This document shows positions 1 through 12,863 of a DNA stretch of 64,000 bases, in pieces (the stretch's first letter is position 1; each line of letters begins with the position of its first letter). The translations under genes were made by a program, and so were the position numbers. Source of the stretch: Octopus sinensis (lineage: Eukaryota); assembly GCF_006345805.1 (NCBI RefSeq), contig NW_021833043.1:23039-87038 (forward strand), read 5' to 3'. The notes under the pieces are model-generated. The model was not told the origin of the DNA. It ran no database searches and saw only the letters and a program-made list of their open reading frames with translations.

Positions 1-635
1 GCTGGTGGTGGTGGATATGCTGGTGGTTGTGGTGTTTGTGGTGGTAGTGGTGGTGTTGGTGGTGGTAGTGGTTGTTGTGGTAGTGGGAGTGGTGTGGTGG
101 TGGTAATGGTGGTGCTTTTCGTCGTCATGGGTGGACGGTGGCTTTGCGAAGGTGGCAGAAGGAGAAACAGGAGACAGGTGGGTGCATGTGTATGTGTTTG
201 CATGCATGTATGTGTACGTGTATGTCTGTGTATGTGTGCACTCATGTGCATGTGTGTGTGTGGGCACATATGTCGTAGGCTGGAGGAATCTCTCACCAAC
301 ATCATCACTACTACTTCTACTACTATTACTACTACCACAACCATCATAACCACTACCACCACTTCCCCAACCACTACCACCACCACCACCACCACTACTA
401 CCACCACTACCACCACTACTACCAACATCCACCACCACTAACACTGCAGCTGCCATCGCTCACACTGCCACCACCTCCACAACCACCGCTACCAACACTA
501 CCACCACTACCACCACCTTCATCTCTTCTTCCCCTCCTCCCTCACCTCCTCTTCCTCCTCCTCCGTAAAATCCCCACCCCTCCTGTTCTCCTTCTTCTCT
601 CGCTCTGCCACTGTTGTTGTCGCTGCTGCTGCTGC

Positions 636-829
636 TCAGTCGACATCGACGATGACCTCGACATAATTTACTGGGAAGTACCCAGTCTGGCCTCGGATGC
701 TACCTTCAAACCAGTTGTCATCTACTTTCTGTATTAGGTCGATGATGTCCCCTTCGGAGAATCCCAGCTCGCCTTCATTCTCTGGCTCAAAGTCGTACAT
801 TGCCTTGCAGCATGGCTTCGGCTTGGTCA
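636..829 (-). CDS. EndoA: Endophilin-A terminal coding exon (SH3 domain + stop)
   Basis: Acceptor ttgttttccag|TG at 829 (phase 1). Translates (V)[63 protein letters not shown] with TGA at 636-638. This is a classic endophilin SH3 (ALYDF..ENEGEL.F..GD.I...DDNW.EG...G.FP.NYV). Confidence 0.96.
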
Positions 830-844
830 CTGGAAAACAACGAA

Positions 845-1860
845 ACAAACAGAGTGTAAAGGCAAGAGTCGGATGTGTGAGTGTTGTGTGTATGTGTGTG
901 TGTGTGATACAATAAGTGAGTGATGTAGTGACAGAGTGATGTTGTGAGTGTGTATGAATGAGTGTTTGAGTGATGGAGTGAGTGAGTGAAGAGTGTGATT
1001 GCTTGACAGGTGAGTGATACAATGAGTGAGCGACAGAATGAGTGAGTGAGTGAAGAGTGTGATTGATTGACCGGCGAGTGATACAATGAGTGAGTGACAG
1101 AGTGAATGAGTGTGTGAGTGAGGGAGTGAGGGAGCAAAGAGTGTGATTGATTGACAAATGAGTGATACACTGAGTGAGCAATGTAGTGAGTGTGAGTGAA
1201 TGAGTGTGTGAGTGATGGAGTGAGGGAGTGAAGTGTTGTTGATTGATAGATGAGTGATACAAGTGAATGATACAATGAGTGAGTGACAGAATGAGTGAGT
1301 TAGTGATGTAGTGAGTGTGAGTGAAGGAGTGAGTGAAGAGTGATTGATTGATAGATGAGCAAAACAAGTGAGTGATACAATGAGTGAATGACAGAATGAG
1401 TGATTGATTGATGTAGTGAGTGTGAGTGTATGAGTAATAGAGTGTAAGAGTGGGTGAATGTGTGAGTGGGTGGGTGAGTCAGTGAAAGATAGACTGAAGT
1501 GAGTGATGGAGAATGAGAGTGATGAAAGATGCTTGAAACAGACACCATTATGGATATGAGAGTGGGAGTGAAGGTGGTAGTGGTGGTGGGAGAGATAGGG
1601 TGAGAAACTAAGTGAATGGTAGAGTGAGAGGTAGAGAGAAGAACAGAATACTAGAGCAAGAGAAAGAGTGGGAGATTGAGACAAACATAGAGAGGAAGGT
1701 AGAGTGAAGGGCAGAGGAGAGTGAGTGAAAGACAAAGTATAAGACGGAAAGACCTAGAGTGAGTATGAGATAGAGTGGATTGACCGAGTGTGAGGTTGAG
1801 TGAAATGGCTGAGTACAAGATGGAATGGAATGACTGAGTGTGCGGCTGAGTGTAACACTT
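845..1860. repeat. (GAGT)n-rich tract with ~60-bp higher-order repeats in the last intron
   Basis: Recurrent gaagagtgtgattgattga...gagtgatacaatgagtgagtgacagaatgagtg. Confidence 0.85.
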
Positions 1861-2041
1861 AAGTGCAAGACTGAGCACCTTGGTGATAAGAACAGCATCT
1901 GGCCACAGAAAACCTTATAAAAATGGGGGCGTTGACGCTCAATGCAGTCCTCGGGCTTGCTGCACTCATGATCACATAGGTTAGATAGATGTTAAATGAT
2001 ATAATTATATATCTGTCCAACCCATGGAAAATAGACATTAA

Positions 2042-2073
<32 letters not shown>

Positions 2074-2304
2074 ATATATATATATCCGAGTTTATATGAC
2101 TGTGTATGGAAGAATATATTACCCAATGAAATTCCAACTTAGTCTCATTTTTACGTTTTATTATTTACAGTTTTTACAATTTTACAATATAATAATAGAG
2201 TATTATATATCTATCGTCATAAAACTAGTACTTTCCATGCATTATGCAATCATCAGGTTTATGTAGCAGTAGTCATAGTAGTGACAGTTAAGTTCCACAA
2301 TTGA

Positions 2305-2640
2305 CATCATCATCATCATCATCATCGTTTAACGTCCGTTTTCCATGCTGGCATGGGTTGGACGGTTCGACTGGGGCTTGGGAAGCCAGGAGGTTGCACC
2401 AGGCTCCAGTCTGATCTGGCAGTGTTTCAACAGCTGGATGCCCTTCCTGACACCAACCACTCCAAGAGTGTAGTGGGTGATTTTTTTACGTGCCACTGGC
2501 ACAGGGGCCAGACAGGGCTGGGCATTAGCCATGTTTGGATGTTGCTTTTTACGTGCCACCAGCACAGGAGCCAGTCAGGGCGAGGGGACTGGCAATGACC
2601 ACATTTGGATGGTGCTTGTTACATGCCACTAGCACGGGGG
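2305..2640 (-). mobile_element. SINE/LINE-tail family C ending in (GAT)n (RTE-type tail)
   Basis: Minus strand ...aacccatgccagcatggaaaacggacgttaaacgatgatg. Copies at ~38600-38825 and 38940-39080 (+), and 43980-44180, 44425-44700 and 60240-60500 (-). Confidence 0.8.
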
Positions 2641-2645
2641 ACATA

Positions 2646-2723
<78 letters not shown>

Positions 2724-2812
2724 TATTAGACACACACACATGTGCATAGATGTACATATTCATATGTACAAGAATACATATATACAATTGTATATGCTCA
2801 CTTGTGTGTTCA

Positions 2813-2853
<41 letters not shown>

Positions 2854-3041
2854 CATATACAATATGTATATATATATACATATACATATATATAGCATGG
2901 TTCTGGGTTCATTCCCACTGTGTGACACCTTGGGCAAGTGTCTTGTACTATAGCCTCAGGCTCACCAAAGCATTGTGAGTGGATTTGGTAGACAGAAACT
3001 GAAAGAAGCCTGTCGTATATATGTATATATATATATATATA

Positions 3042-3249
3042 TATCTATACAATATGTTACATTACTCGGTAGTCAAGATAAAACTCTGAGTTTCAGATGC
3101 CGAAGTGGAAATCCACAACACCATCTCTTCGGTTATCTGGCTATTTATAGCCAGATAACCGAAGAGATGGTGTTGTGGATTTCCACTTCGGCATCTGAAA
3201 CTCAGAGTTTTATCTTGACTACCGAGTAATGTAACATATTGTATAGATA
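3042..3249. repeat. Perfect palindrome, 103-bp arms with a 2-nt spacer (tt)
   Basis: Arms are exact reverse complements around ctat-tt-atag (3141-3150), embedded in (TA)n. Confidence 0.95.
3153..3215 (+). ncRNA. Hammerhead-like motif with variant core CCGAAGA (mirror copy on minus strand at 3076-3138)
   Basis: AGAUAA-CCGAAGA-GAUG...CAUC-U-GAAA-CUC-A-GAG-UU/UUAUCU, with a 6-bp perfect stem I. Confidence 0.45.
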
Positions 3250-3311
3250 AATTTCCTCTATTTACATAATATTGAGGTCTCTTTCTTTCTTTTGTTATCT
3301 TACCGTTTTAT

Positions 3312-3378
<67 letters not shown>

Positions 3379-3726
3379 ATGTGTGTGTATATGTTTGTGC
3401 GTCTGTGTTTGTCCCCCCCAACATCGACTGACAACCAATGGTGGTGTGTTTACATCCCCGTAACTTAGCGGTTCAGCAAACGAGACTAATAGAATAAGTA
3501 CTAGGCTTCCAAAGAATAAGTCCTGGGGCCGATTTGCTCGACGAAAGGCAGTACTCCAGCATGGCCACAGTCAAATGACTGAAACAAGTAAAAGAGATAT
3601 ACATATATACAATTGTATTCATGCACGTGTATGCCATATCGCTCAGTGGATAGAATGTCAAGCTTACAATTATGAGGTAGCGAGTTCGATTCCTGGAATG
3701 CACATACATATTCAGTTTGCACTTAC

Positions 3727-3902
3727 CTGATTCGCCTAGAGAAGCTGTGCTAGGGAAGTTGTAACCACCACCCGAGCTGCTGGATGTAGCATCTCCGAAA
3801 CCGTCATCATCGTTGAACGGAGATGGGGAGGCACTCCGACGGAAGGAAGTTACACGTTTTACAACATGGTCAGATTTTGGACGACTGACAGCATCTTCCC
3901 TC
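3727..3902 (-). CDS. EndoA: Endophilin-A exon: end of BAR domain + Ser/Gly-rich linker
   Basis: Acceptor tttctttacag|G, donor TCAG|gtaagt. 176 nt, phase 2 in and phase 1 out, matching both neighbours. REDAVSRPKSDHVVKRVTSFRRSASPSPFNDDDGFGDATSSSSGGGYNFPSTASLGES. Confidence 0.93.
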
Positions 3903-3911
3903 CTGTAAAGA

Positions 3912-3944
<33 letters not shown>

Positions 3945-3945
<1 letters not shown>

Positions 3946-4440
3946 GTTTCAAGTTTTGGCACAATGCCAGCAGGTTTGGGCAAGGGGTAAGTCAATTACA
4001 TTGACCCCAGTGTTCGACTGGTATTTATTTTATTGACCCCGAAAGGATGAAAAGCAAAGTCAACTTCAGTGGAATTTGAACTCAGAACATAGTGATGAGT
4101 AAAAACACTGCTAAGCATTTTGTCCAGCATTCTAACAATTCTGCCAGCTTGCCACCTTATATTATAATAATAATAATAATAATAATAACAATAATAATAA
4201 TAATAATGATAATAACAATAATCCTTTCTACTAAAGGCACAAGGCCTGAAATTTGTGGGGAGGTGGATAGTCAATCATATTGACCCCATCACTTGACTTG
4301 TATTTAATTTATCGACCCCAAAAGGATGAAACGCAACGTCTACCTCGGTAACATTTCAACTCAGAAAATACAGACAGACAAAATACTATCGATACTAGAC
4401 ATTCTGCCGTCATGTTAATGATTCTGCCAGCTCACTGCCT
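3945..4440 (-). mobile_element. SINE family A (tRNA-like head, (ATT)n tail), two copies
   Basis: Minus-strand head aaggcggcgagctggcagaatcgttagc...gagttcaaattcc (A and B boxes), core gcctttcatcctttcggggtcgataaa, (ATT)n flanks. Confidence 0.85.
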
Positions 4441-4442
4441 TA

Positions 4443-4485
<43 letters not shown>

Positions 4486-5025
4486 GCCCTGATGCAGTAC
4501 CAGGCAGTGGCTCTCATGGCTTCTGATTTTAACTGATTGGAAGTGTTATCATGTGGATTGATTGTCTTGGTATAAAAGATGGGCTACAGCAAATATTCTG
4601 CTCAATACCACAGATTTGCTTGTCAGTTGTTTGACCTTAATCAATTGAGCATGTCCCTTAGTGGCTGACGATATGTGCATCTCTGATCACAAGCAGAAGT
4701 AGTGGGGGAGCATCATAGCCGTGTGTTGAGAGGAATTCTTGGAGGTTTGGATAATTCACCTCTGGAAACATGGGTGTTTCGTGCAACATACTTAAACAAC
4801 TCTTATTCAGGGACCATTTAAGCAGGATGGGCTACTCAACCAGAAAAAAATTCTAACTGGGCCCCACCTGCAAGGTCATGTACTGTTTATCTTGATATGA
4901 GATCACCATGTTGTGCACATATGGTTGTGATGCATGTGCATAGTGTACCCTTATCAGATGGGTATACTGGGCTTCATATATTTTACCCCAGTGTCACTTT
5001 GATGGCATGCTCTGCTCTCTCACTC

Positions 5026-5074
<49 letters not shown>

Positions 5075-6511
5075 TATATATATATCATCATCATCATCAT
5101 CATCATTTAGCATCTGTTTTCCATACTGGAATGGGTTGGACATGTTAGCATACATGGCAGGTCAACTAAACACTAGATTAAGTATTTAAAGGCACCAAAT
5201 GGCATTATTGCATTTTGAGAAATAAACAGAAATATATCAATGACTTGTAGGGACGCAGTATTTCATTATGCAACCATTATATACCATGAAGTATATTAAA
5301 CGTTTTTATAAGTCAATACCGTATTCTACTGTGTTAGCAGTGCTCCTACATCACTTGTTAAGATTATCTCTACAGATATTATAGCCAACCTGATTTTGTT
5401 ACATTTTATATCTGATACATCAAATGCAAACAACCTTAACAAATGATGTAAAGCGCACTGCTAACACAGTAGGACATGGTATTGACTCATAAAAACATTT
5501 AATATACTTTATAGAATATTTATGGTTGCATAACAAATTACCGCATACCTAAAAGTCATTTATATTTATGTACCAGCTTCCAGAAATATGTTTGATATGT
5601 AAAATTGATATATCCAATAACGTTACACTGTGTTTGGTCTCATTGTTCATTTAAATCTGATGTCTTGGATATGGAACATCATAACAAAAATTAGTACTGG
5701 CTATCATTTCTATAAAATATCTGTAGCGATAACTTGTGGTGTCCACTGACACAAGTTTCCAACCTCAAATGCTCCTGCCCCTCTCATAAATCCTTGTCTT
5801 GTGAGTTACTTGTTGACCCTGCCAGTGCTGGTGCCCACATAAAAAGCATCTAGTCCACACTGTAAAGTGGTTGGCATTTGGAAGGGCATCCAGCTGTAAA
5901 AACCATGCCAAAACTAAGCTCGCTTGTGTTAGTGCCACATAAAAAGCAATGTTGGTGTGTTTACGTCTCTGTGACATAGTGGTTTAGCAAAAGAGACCAA
6001 CAGAAAAAGTACCAGGCTTACAAAGAATAAGTCCTGGGGTCGATTTGTTCGACTAAAACTCCTTAAGGTGGTGCTCCAGCATGGCTGCAGTCAAATGACT
6101 AAAACCAAGTAAAAGAGTAAACAAATAAAAGAATATATATAGGTAGTGGGGCTCCGATAGGAGTCTCAGTGGGGGTTCCAAAAGGGGTCTCAGGGAGTAG
6201 CGTCCCTGCCTTTCTGAGCTAGTTTTCCACTACATTTCTTAAAAATCATGGTAGAGGCCTTAGTCTTGAGACCACTCATGCCTAGAAACTGTGGTTGGGA
6301 GTAAGCTCCCCATAGAAAATCCAGCTCCAAAAAGGCCTCATAATAGCAAAGGAGAATTGGCACCAGTCAGCCCAAAGGTTGGGGTGGGCTGCACCTGCCT
6401 ACCTCGGTTGCTATGGCATTGAAGTAGATCCAGCCACCCCTGTTAACGGGGACAAAACCCAGATTTGAAACACAGGATGATGACGATGATGATATAGGAG
6501 CTACTTACCAC

Positions 6512-6670
6512 ACAGGAGTGGCTGTGTGGTAAGTAGCTTGCTTACCAACCACATGCTTCTGGGTTCATTCCCACTGTGTTGCATCTTGGCCAAGTGTCTT
6601 CTACTATAGCCTCGGGCTGACCAAAGCCTTGTGAGTGGATTTGGTAGACGGAAACTGAAAGAAGCCTGTC

Positions 6671-6758
<88 letters not shown>

Positions 6759-6990
6759 GGTGTATGTGTGTGTGTGTGTTTGTGTGTGTTTGTGTGTCTG
6801 TGTTTGTGCCCCCCACCCAACATCACTTGACAATCGATGCTGGTGTGTTTACATCCCTGTAACTTAGCAATAGAATAAGTACTAGGCTTACAGATAATAA
6901 GTCCTGCGGTTGATTTGCTCAACTAAAGGCGCTGCTCCAGCATGGCCACAGTCAAATGACTGAAACAAGTTAAAGAGTAAAGAGTATATG
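6512..6990 (+). mobile_element. SINE family B (tRNA-like head, CORE-like cttgggcaagtgtct block, internal (TA)n(TG)n)
   Basis: caggagtggctgtgtggtaag...ggttcattccc...gaagcctgtcg(TA)n...gactgaaacaagt-aaagagta. Other copies at ~2895-3595 (split by the palindrome), 14830-15175, 16700-16855, 34945-35355, 51800-51950, 55080-55220 and 60050-60200 (all +), and 11490-11805 (-). Confidence 0.85.
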
Positions 6991-7081
6991 TACAAAGACA
7001 TGCACACACACACACGCACGCGCACATATACATGCATGCACACACATGCCCGTACGCACATACAACAACAGTGTTACTTAC

Positions 7082-7185
7082 TTGTAGTCAAGTGTCTCAC
7101 AAAGTCGCTCAAGAATTGAGGCAGACTGTTTATGGTAGTTTGTTATAGCCTCCACGAAAGCTTGCAACTGGGAGATTTGCTCCAC
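7082..7185 (-). CDS. EndoA: Endophilin-A BAR helix 3 exon
   Basis: Acceptor ttattgttacag|GTG, donor CAA|gtaagt. 104 nt. VEQISQLQAFVEAITNYHKQSASILERLCETLDY(K) aligns with the vertebrate endophilin segment [20 protein letters not shown]. Not in the ORF track. Confidence 0.95.
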
Positions 7186-7244
7186 CTGTAACAATAACAA
7201 TTAGGACAACAGTAGTACATGTAGTAGTAGTGGTGGTGGTGGTG

Positions 7245-8000
7245 GTTTCAGATTTTGCTATCAAGGACAGCAAGGAGTGGGGTAAGTCAATTAAAGCAAC
7301 CCCAGTCTTCAACTCGTATTTATTTTATCAACCCCCAAGAGGTTGGAAAGCAAAGCTGATATTGGATGAATTTGAACTTAGAACTTAAAGACGGACGAAA
7401 TGCCGCTAAGCATTTTGCTCGGCGTCCTAATGATTCTGCCACCTCACCACCTTAAACGATAATGATAATAATAATAATGATGATAATAAAATAACTATGA
7501 CAATGATAGTTAAAATAGAAGTAATAATAATAATGATAATAATAATAATCACTTCTACTAAAGGCACAAGGTCTGAAATTCTGGGGGAGAAGACTAGTTG
7601 ATTATATCGACCCCAGTGTTTCACTGGTACTTAATTTATCGACCCCGAAAATATGAAAGGTAAAGTCAACCTCGGCGGAATTTGAACTCAGAATGTTAAG
7701 ATGGACAAAATGCCACTAAGCATTTCAAGCAGAATGCTAACGATTCTGCCAGCTTCCCGCCTTCATAATAATAATAATAATCCTTTCTACTATAGGCACG
7801 AGGCCTGAAATTTTGAGGAAGCGGGAGAGTTGATTACATTAACCCCAGTGCGTAACTGGTACTTAATTTACTGACTCTGAATGGATGAAAGACAGAGTCG
7901 ACCATGGTGGAATTTGAACTCAGAACGTAGCGACAGGTAAAATGCTGTAAAGCATTTCATCCAGTGTGCCAATGATTCTGCCAGCTCACTGCCTTGGTAA
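7245..8000 (-). mobile_element. SINE family A, three tandem copies between the two BAR exons
   Basis: Same consensus, separated by (AAT)n. Confidence 0.85.
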
Positions 8001-8011
8001 CAATAATAGTA

Positions 8012-8056
<45 letters not shown>

Positions 8057-8164
8057 TTCTTACATTAGTAATAGGAACGGAATTTTAACAAAGGTACTTA
8101 TAGGATATTTACTCAAGGCAGTACGAAGACACATGCAAAATACACACACCACTCAAATACTTAC

Positions 8165-8265
8165 ATCATTATCAAGTAAATTAAACATAGCTGTCTCTGT
8201 GATAGCTTTGGTTTCTTCAAACTTTTCCTCGGCTGTTTTCAATTCATCATCAGCAATACCAGAGC
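8165..8265 (-). CDS. EndoA: Endophilin-A BAR domain exon (distal tip into helix 3)
   Basis: Acceptor tgtcttctccag|GC (phase 1), donor GAT|gtaagt. 101 nt. (G)SGIADDELKTAEEKFEETKAITETAMFNLLDND aligns with the endophilin segment DEE...A.EKF.ESK.....MFNLL..D. Confidence 0.95.
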
Positions 8266-8483
8266 CTGGAGAAGACAACAAAAGAATTTAGTTTAGAAAC
8301 GGCATAAAATCACAGGTTTTTTTTTTTTCTCCACCAATACGTCATTTCTCATAAAACAACAAACAACTCATACAAAAAACTTCAATAAACCTCAACGAAC
8401 CTACAAGGAGAGAATACAACGGATAATATACTATAATAAATATTATTTTTAAAAATCACTATATTGAATAAACATTTAAAATT

Positions 8484-10022
8484 TAATTTAGTGATTTTTT
8501 AATAATATTTATTAATTTAGTGATTTTTTAATAATATTTATTAATTTAGTGATTTTTTAATAATATTTATTAATTTAGTGATTTTTTAATAATATCCATT
8601 AATTTAGTGATTTTTTTATAATATTTATTAATTTAGTGATTTTTTAATAATATTTATTAATTTAGTGATTTTTTAATAATATTTATTAATTTAGTGATTT
8701 TTTAATAATATTTATTAATTTAGTGATTTTTTAAATAATATCTATTAATTTAGTGATTTTTTAATAATATTTATTAATTTAGTGATTTTTTAATAATATC
8801 TATTAATTTAGTGATTTTTTAATAATATTTATTAATTTAGTGATTTTTTAATAATATCTATTAATTTAGTGATTTTTTAATAATATTTATAATTTAGTGA
8901 TTTTTTAATAATATCCATTAATTTAGTGATTTTTTTAATATATTTATTAATTTATTGATTTTTAATAATATTTATTAATTTAGTGATTTTTTTAATATAT
9001 TTATTAATTTAGTGATTTTTTAATAATATTTATTATTTAGTGATTTTTTTAATAATATCTATTAATTTAGTGATTTTTTTATAATATTTATTAATTTAGT
9101 GATTTTTTAATAATATTTATTAATTTAGTGATTTTTTAATAATATCTATTAATTTAGTGATTTTTTAATAATATTTATTAATTTATTGATTTTTTAATAA
9201 TATCCATTAATTTAGTGATTTTTTAATAATATCCATTAATTTAGTGATTTTTTAATAATATTTATTAATTTAGTGATTTTTTAATAATATTTATTAATTT
9301 AGTGATTTTTTAATAATATCTATTAATTTAGTGATTTTTTTAATATTTATTAATTTAGTGATTTTTTAATAATATTTATTAATTTAGTGATTTTTTAATA
9401 ATATTTATTAATTTAGTGATTTTTTAATAATATTTATTAATTTAGTGATTTTTTAATAATATTTATTAATTTAGTGATTTTTTAATAATATTTATTAATT
9501 TAGTGATTTTTAATAATATCTATAATTTAGTGATTTTTTAATAATATTTATTATTTAGTGATTTTTTAATAATATCTATTAATTTAGTGATTTTCAATTC
9601 ATCATCAATAATATCTATTAATTTAGTGATTTTTTAATAATATTTATTAATTTAGTGATTTTTTAATAATATTTATTAATTTAGTGATTTTTTTTAATAT
9701 ATTTATTAATTTAGTGATTTTTAATAATATTTATTAATTTAGTGATTTTTTAATAATATCTATTAATTTAGTGATTTTTTAATAATATTTATTAATTTAG
9801 TGATTTTTTAATAATATCTATTAATTTAGTGATTTTCAATTCATCATCAATAATATCTATTAATTTAGTGATTTTTTAATAATATTTATAATTTAGTGAT
9901 TTTTTAATAATATTTATTAATTAGTAGTGATTTTTAATAATATTTATTAATTTAGTGATTTTTTAATAATATTTATTAATTTAGTGATTTTTTAATAATA
10001 TTTATTAATTTAGTGATTTTTT
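8484..10022. repeat. AT-rich 29-bp tandem satellite (about 50 copies)
   Basis: Unit aatttagtgattttttaataatatttatt with minor variants (atct, atcc, T-run length). Confidence 0.95.
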
Positions 10023-12558
10023 GAATAATGTTTATTATAGTATATTTAAATTTTTTATATATAATACAGATAATATCTCAATATCTCAATATCTCAATAT
10101 TGAATTACTTAACAGAGGTTATTTCTCTTAATTGTATACATATATTATATATTGTGACATTTGATTTAGAATTGCTAAATTGAATTTTCCCCTGTAAGTT
10201 TCGAATTATATTCCCTACTATTATTTTTAATTATAATATATATATATATATATGTATATGTATATGTATATAAATATATATATATATATGGAGAAACGAG
10301 GTTTATTTCCGTGTAGGAATTAATATTGATGTGTTAATTTGGGATTTGAAAATGCACTTGGAGGCTTAAAACAAATTGTAGCTTTTCAATTTTTTTTGAG
10401 CAAATTTATTAAAATACCCTACTGGTTTCAGCAATTATTTCATTTTCCAACAGGTAAATTTAAAAAGTTTACAAGAAATTAAAGATATAAGAGAGAAAAT
10501 TTGGTGAAACATGCTTACTAGAATCAAACATTCATACAGATTCAAATGTGCAATAAATTTCAAATGAATAGAAAATAATGAAAGTTCAAACATTTAATGA
10601 ATTTCATAATGATAATACTTGATAGAGAATTCAGTGGATTTCAAACGAATAAGTTATATAAACGCTTAGTTTTCATAAGCCTCAGGACTCATAGCCGAAG
10701 AACATAACACCCAATTGTCCTGAATCATTGTATCGTGAGTGTAACGCACCAACTACTAAGCCCAGCACATTCACACACACACCGACACATAATATATCTG
10801 ATATATATATATATTTATATATATCAAATGTGAGGATAAAATTCTTTTCGAAAAAAATATTTTTTCGAAAAAAATGTTATCAATGGCCAGCATATTAAAA
10901 AATACCTTTAACGGTTAAATTTATAAACAATTCATAAATGAGGGCAAAGGAAAAAAATTCTAATGCCAAATATGCCGAAAAATTGGACATATTGTCCATT
11001 AACCATATAATTTTTTCACAATACGCACGTTATTTATATATATATATATATCAACCAAGTGTTTCGAATAGAAATCGGGTGAACTTCAGATATATAAATG
11101 AATTAGACCACAAATATTCAGTCCTTTCATAGCAAAAGAGATGTGTGTGTGTGTGTGTGTGTGTGTGCGCAGAGAGAGAGAGAGTGATGAGCCAATATTT
11201 TTCACGCGGACGTTTTATAATCAGAATATATAATTCAACTGTAAGGGCGATAACTCTCAGTGACTTTGAAAGATCTAGGGGAGATAATTCACATGCAAAA
11301 CTACCAGAATTTTTTCTTTTTTTAATTGAAACTCAGAAAATTCCCAATAAAGACGGCCAAGCGAACCCTAGTTTACATTTTTAGCCATAGGTATCGATAT
11401 TTAATACGCCACTAACATCGTGGTACAATAGGAAAATAATGTGTCATCTAGCCTGCATAAAATGTTGATCTCGGCAAGCGCAAATTCTTATCCTTTACTT
11501 GTTTCAATCATTGGACTGCGGCCATGCTGGGGCACCGCCTTGGAAAAATTTTAGTCGAATGAATCGACCCCAGTATTTGGTACTTGTTTTTTCAAACCCT
11601 GGTACTATCGATCTATTTTGCCGAACCGCTAAGTTATGGGGACGTAAACATACCAACATCGGTTGTCAAGCGGCGGGGAACTAACACACAACGGGTTTCC
11701 TTCAGTTTCTGTCCACCAAATACACTCACAAGGCTTTGGTCGGCCCGAGGCTATAGTAGAAAACATTTGCCCAAGGCGCCAGTGGGACTGAACCCGGAAC
11801 AATGTGGTTGGGAGGCAAGTTTCTTAACACACAGCCACGCCTGTCTTTTTCTTTGCTTTTCTTTTTTTAATTTACTGAATAATACTATAGTCATCATAAC
11901 ACCAGTAGAATAGAATAGAATAAAATAGAAGCGAGCAGAAGAGAGAGCCGCTATGAATTCGTCCGACCAGCTAGAAAAAACACCCACATTTTTTCTACTC
12001 ATGAAAACGGTGAAAGACGTTGAATAATAATCTTAAATAGGCAATGCCTGAAAGTCGTGCGTAGTAGTCATAGCTTAAAATACCTTTAATCAAAGGTCTT
12101 CTAAATCAAAATCGACAGCACGCTGGCTAAGCAACAACAGACAAACAATAAACGGCTTTTCTGCTCAATAACGCAACGGATTTGAACGCACAATCAAAAG
12201 TTATTCAATATCTTGTATACAAAATCACTACATAAGCATCTCAATACATACTAAAAGATTGCCATAAATTACAAGAAATTTCCTTTCTTCTTAATGCGAG
12301 AAAAATATTTTAGAGAGAAAAAAATACCAAAACAATGTTAAGCAGTTTACTCGGGGGCCTGAACTGCATAGAAAACTAACAGTTCCATCCATCTATTTTT
12401 CCCACTCTCCACAGGGTCCTGCCTGAAATAACCATTATAGCACTTTTTGGCTGGATTCCCAGCTTTAACTAACTGAGACTGTGGATATTTCCCAATCGTT
12501 AAAAATTACTATTTTTTAATTCTCACAACGTGAGACATTCAGCAACAGTACTTTGTAG

Positions 12559-12863
12559 TAAAGATTGTTTGCCAACATAACATGGCAGTCCTGGTTTAGG
12601 ACTAATTTTTGCTATAATTTAGCCCCTGGAGACATCGTCTCCAGCTGGCTACTATTCCATGCTGATGAAGAAAAAATAACTCAGAAATCGCGATACACAG
12701 ATATTGTTTTGAGCTGAGATGGGGTGCTAGATTCCCTTGTTCGAAAATATAAGGGCACAGACCGGGTCGCATAGCCAGCTGGAGACGATGTTTCCTGGGG
12801 CTAAATTACAGCAACATTAGTCCTAAACCAGGACTGCCATGTTATGTTGGCAAACAATCTTTA
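12559..12863. mobile_element. Fold-back / MITE-like element with ~92-bp inverted arms
   Basis: taaagattgtttgccaacataacatggcagtcctgg...ggcta (12559-12651) is inverted at 12772-12863. TA at both ends. Confidence 0.8.

Noticed and set aside
830-1367. N-terminal part of the 243-aa ORF 636-1367
   Set aside because: Intronic (ACTC)n repeat that happens to be open. Coding starts at the acceptor at 829.
3625-3700. tRNA-like sequences (also ~15970, 26950-27025 and 30025-30100)
   Set aside because: These are SINE heads with A/B boxes but no complete cloverleaf, and they continue into SINE bodies.
8484-10022. Regular repeat array considered as CRISPR
   Set aside because: Head-to-tail satellite with no unique spacers, in a eukaryotic context.
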